A DNA stretch of 15,165 nucleotides from Candidatus Eiseniibacteriota bacterium (GTDB taxonomy: Bacteria; Eisenbacteria; RBG-16-71-46). Under the pieces are notes generated by a model. It made no database searches, was not told the DNA's origin, and saw only the letters and a list, made by a program, of their open reading frames with translations. A program made the position numbers and the translations under genes. The stretch is taken from contig CAVUWA010000006.1 of the NCBI GenBank assembly GCA_963744995.1, forward strand, positions 1 through 15,165, in the 5' to 3' direction. Position 1 is the stretch's first letter, and every line of letters begins with the position of its first letter. Below, one piece after another: positions 14,788 to 15,165 of the stretch.

Positions 14788-15058
14788 GGGCCAGCGCTTC
14801 CTCGATCAGGCGGTTCACTTCCACATCGTCCATCCCGGCGATCTCGATCGTTTTCGATCTCGACCCCGCCCCGCGCGCGACCGATACGCCGCGCGCGTCC
14901 ACCTTCAACGTCCTCGCGATCAGCTTCGTGACCGCTTCATTGGCGCGCCCCGCCTCGGGCGCCGCCGTCACCGCTATCTTGAGCGTGCCGTCGGCCATCC
15001 GGCCGACCAGCCGCTCGCGCTTCGCCCCGGGCTGCACTCGGAGACTCAGCCGCGCCAC
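14777..15058 (-). CDS. yggU: DUF167 / YggU family protein
   Basis: LRVQPGAKR, LKIAVTAAPEAGRANEAV, GAGSRSK; overlaps the punA start by 11 nt. Confidence 0.9.
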   Translation of the reverse strand: MARLSLRVQPGAKRERLVGRMADGTLKIAVTAAPEAGRANEAVTKLIARTLKVDARGVSVARGAGSRSKTIEIAGMDDVEVNRLIEEALAHGD

Positions 15059-15104
15059 GCGTGACCTGCGGGGCCCGCGCCCCGGCCGCCGTCCGGCGCC
15101 CCGC

Positions 15105-15165
15105 TCACCCCATGCGCACCGCCATCTCCTGGAGCGTCGTCACCAGGAAGCGCTGCAGGAAGAAG
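15105..15165 (-). CDS. 3' end of a probable YggT-family membrane protein (partial)
   Basis: Reads FFLQRFLVTTLQEMAVRMG-stop, like YggT C-termini, and sits directly upstream of DUF167/yggU. Only 19 residues are visible. Confidence 0.55.
   Translation of the reverse strand, partial: FFLQRFLVTTLQEMAVRMG

Overview
High-GC bacterial chromosomal window with two parts. The right half (about 7.8-15.2 kb, all on the minus strand) is a housekeeping run: partial yggT-like gene, DUF167/yggU, purine nucleoside phosphorylase, a DksA/TraR C4 zinc-finger protein with a long histone-like basic N-terminus, lspA, an RluD-type pseudouridine synthase, an RsbW-like HATPase, ruvX/yqgF, mltG, a larE-like gene, a DUF3098-like membrane protein and tRNA-Val(TAC). 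The left half (1-7.5 kb) is a cell-envelope cluster with no function I can name. It holds five paralogous secreted Cys/Trp-motif proteins, three of which end in the same C-terminal decapeptide TWGx(I/V)Kx(L/M/F)YR. It also holds a secreted protein with an Ig-like (Big_1-like) domain plus a dockerin-like double Ca-loop, and two SurA/PrsA-like foldases with degenerate parvulin domains. This cluster is the best candidate for an undescribed system: a surface-protein family with its own C-terminal sorting signal and dedicated chaperones. Gene style and the TWG..K..YR tail suggest an uncultured FCB-related lineage such as Ca. Eisenbacteria (inference from recall, not tested). All assignments are by eye; no searches were run.
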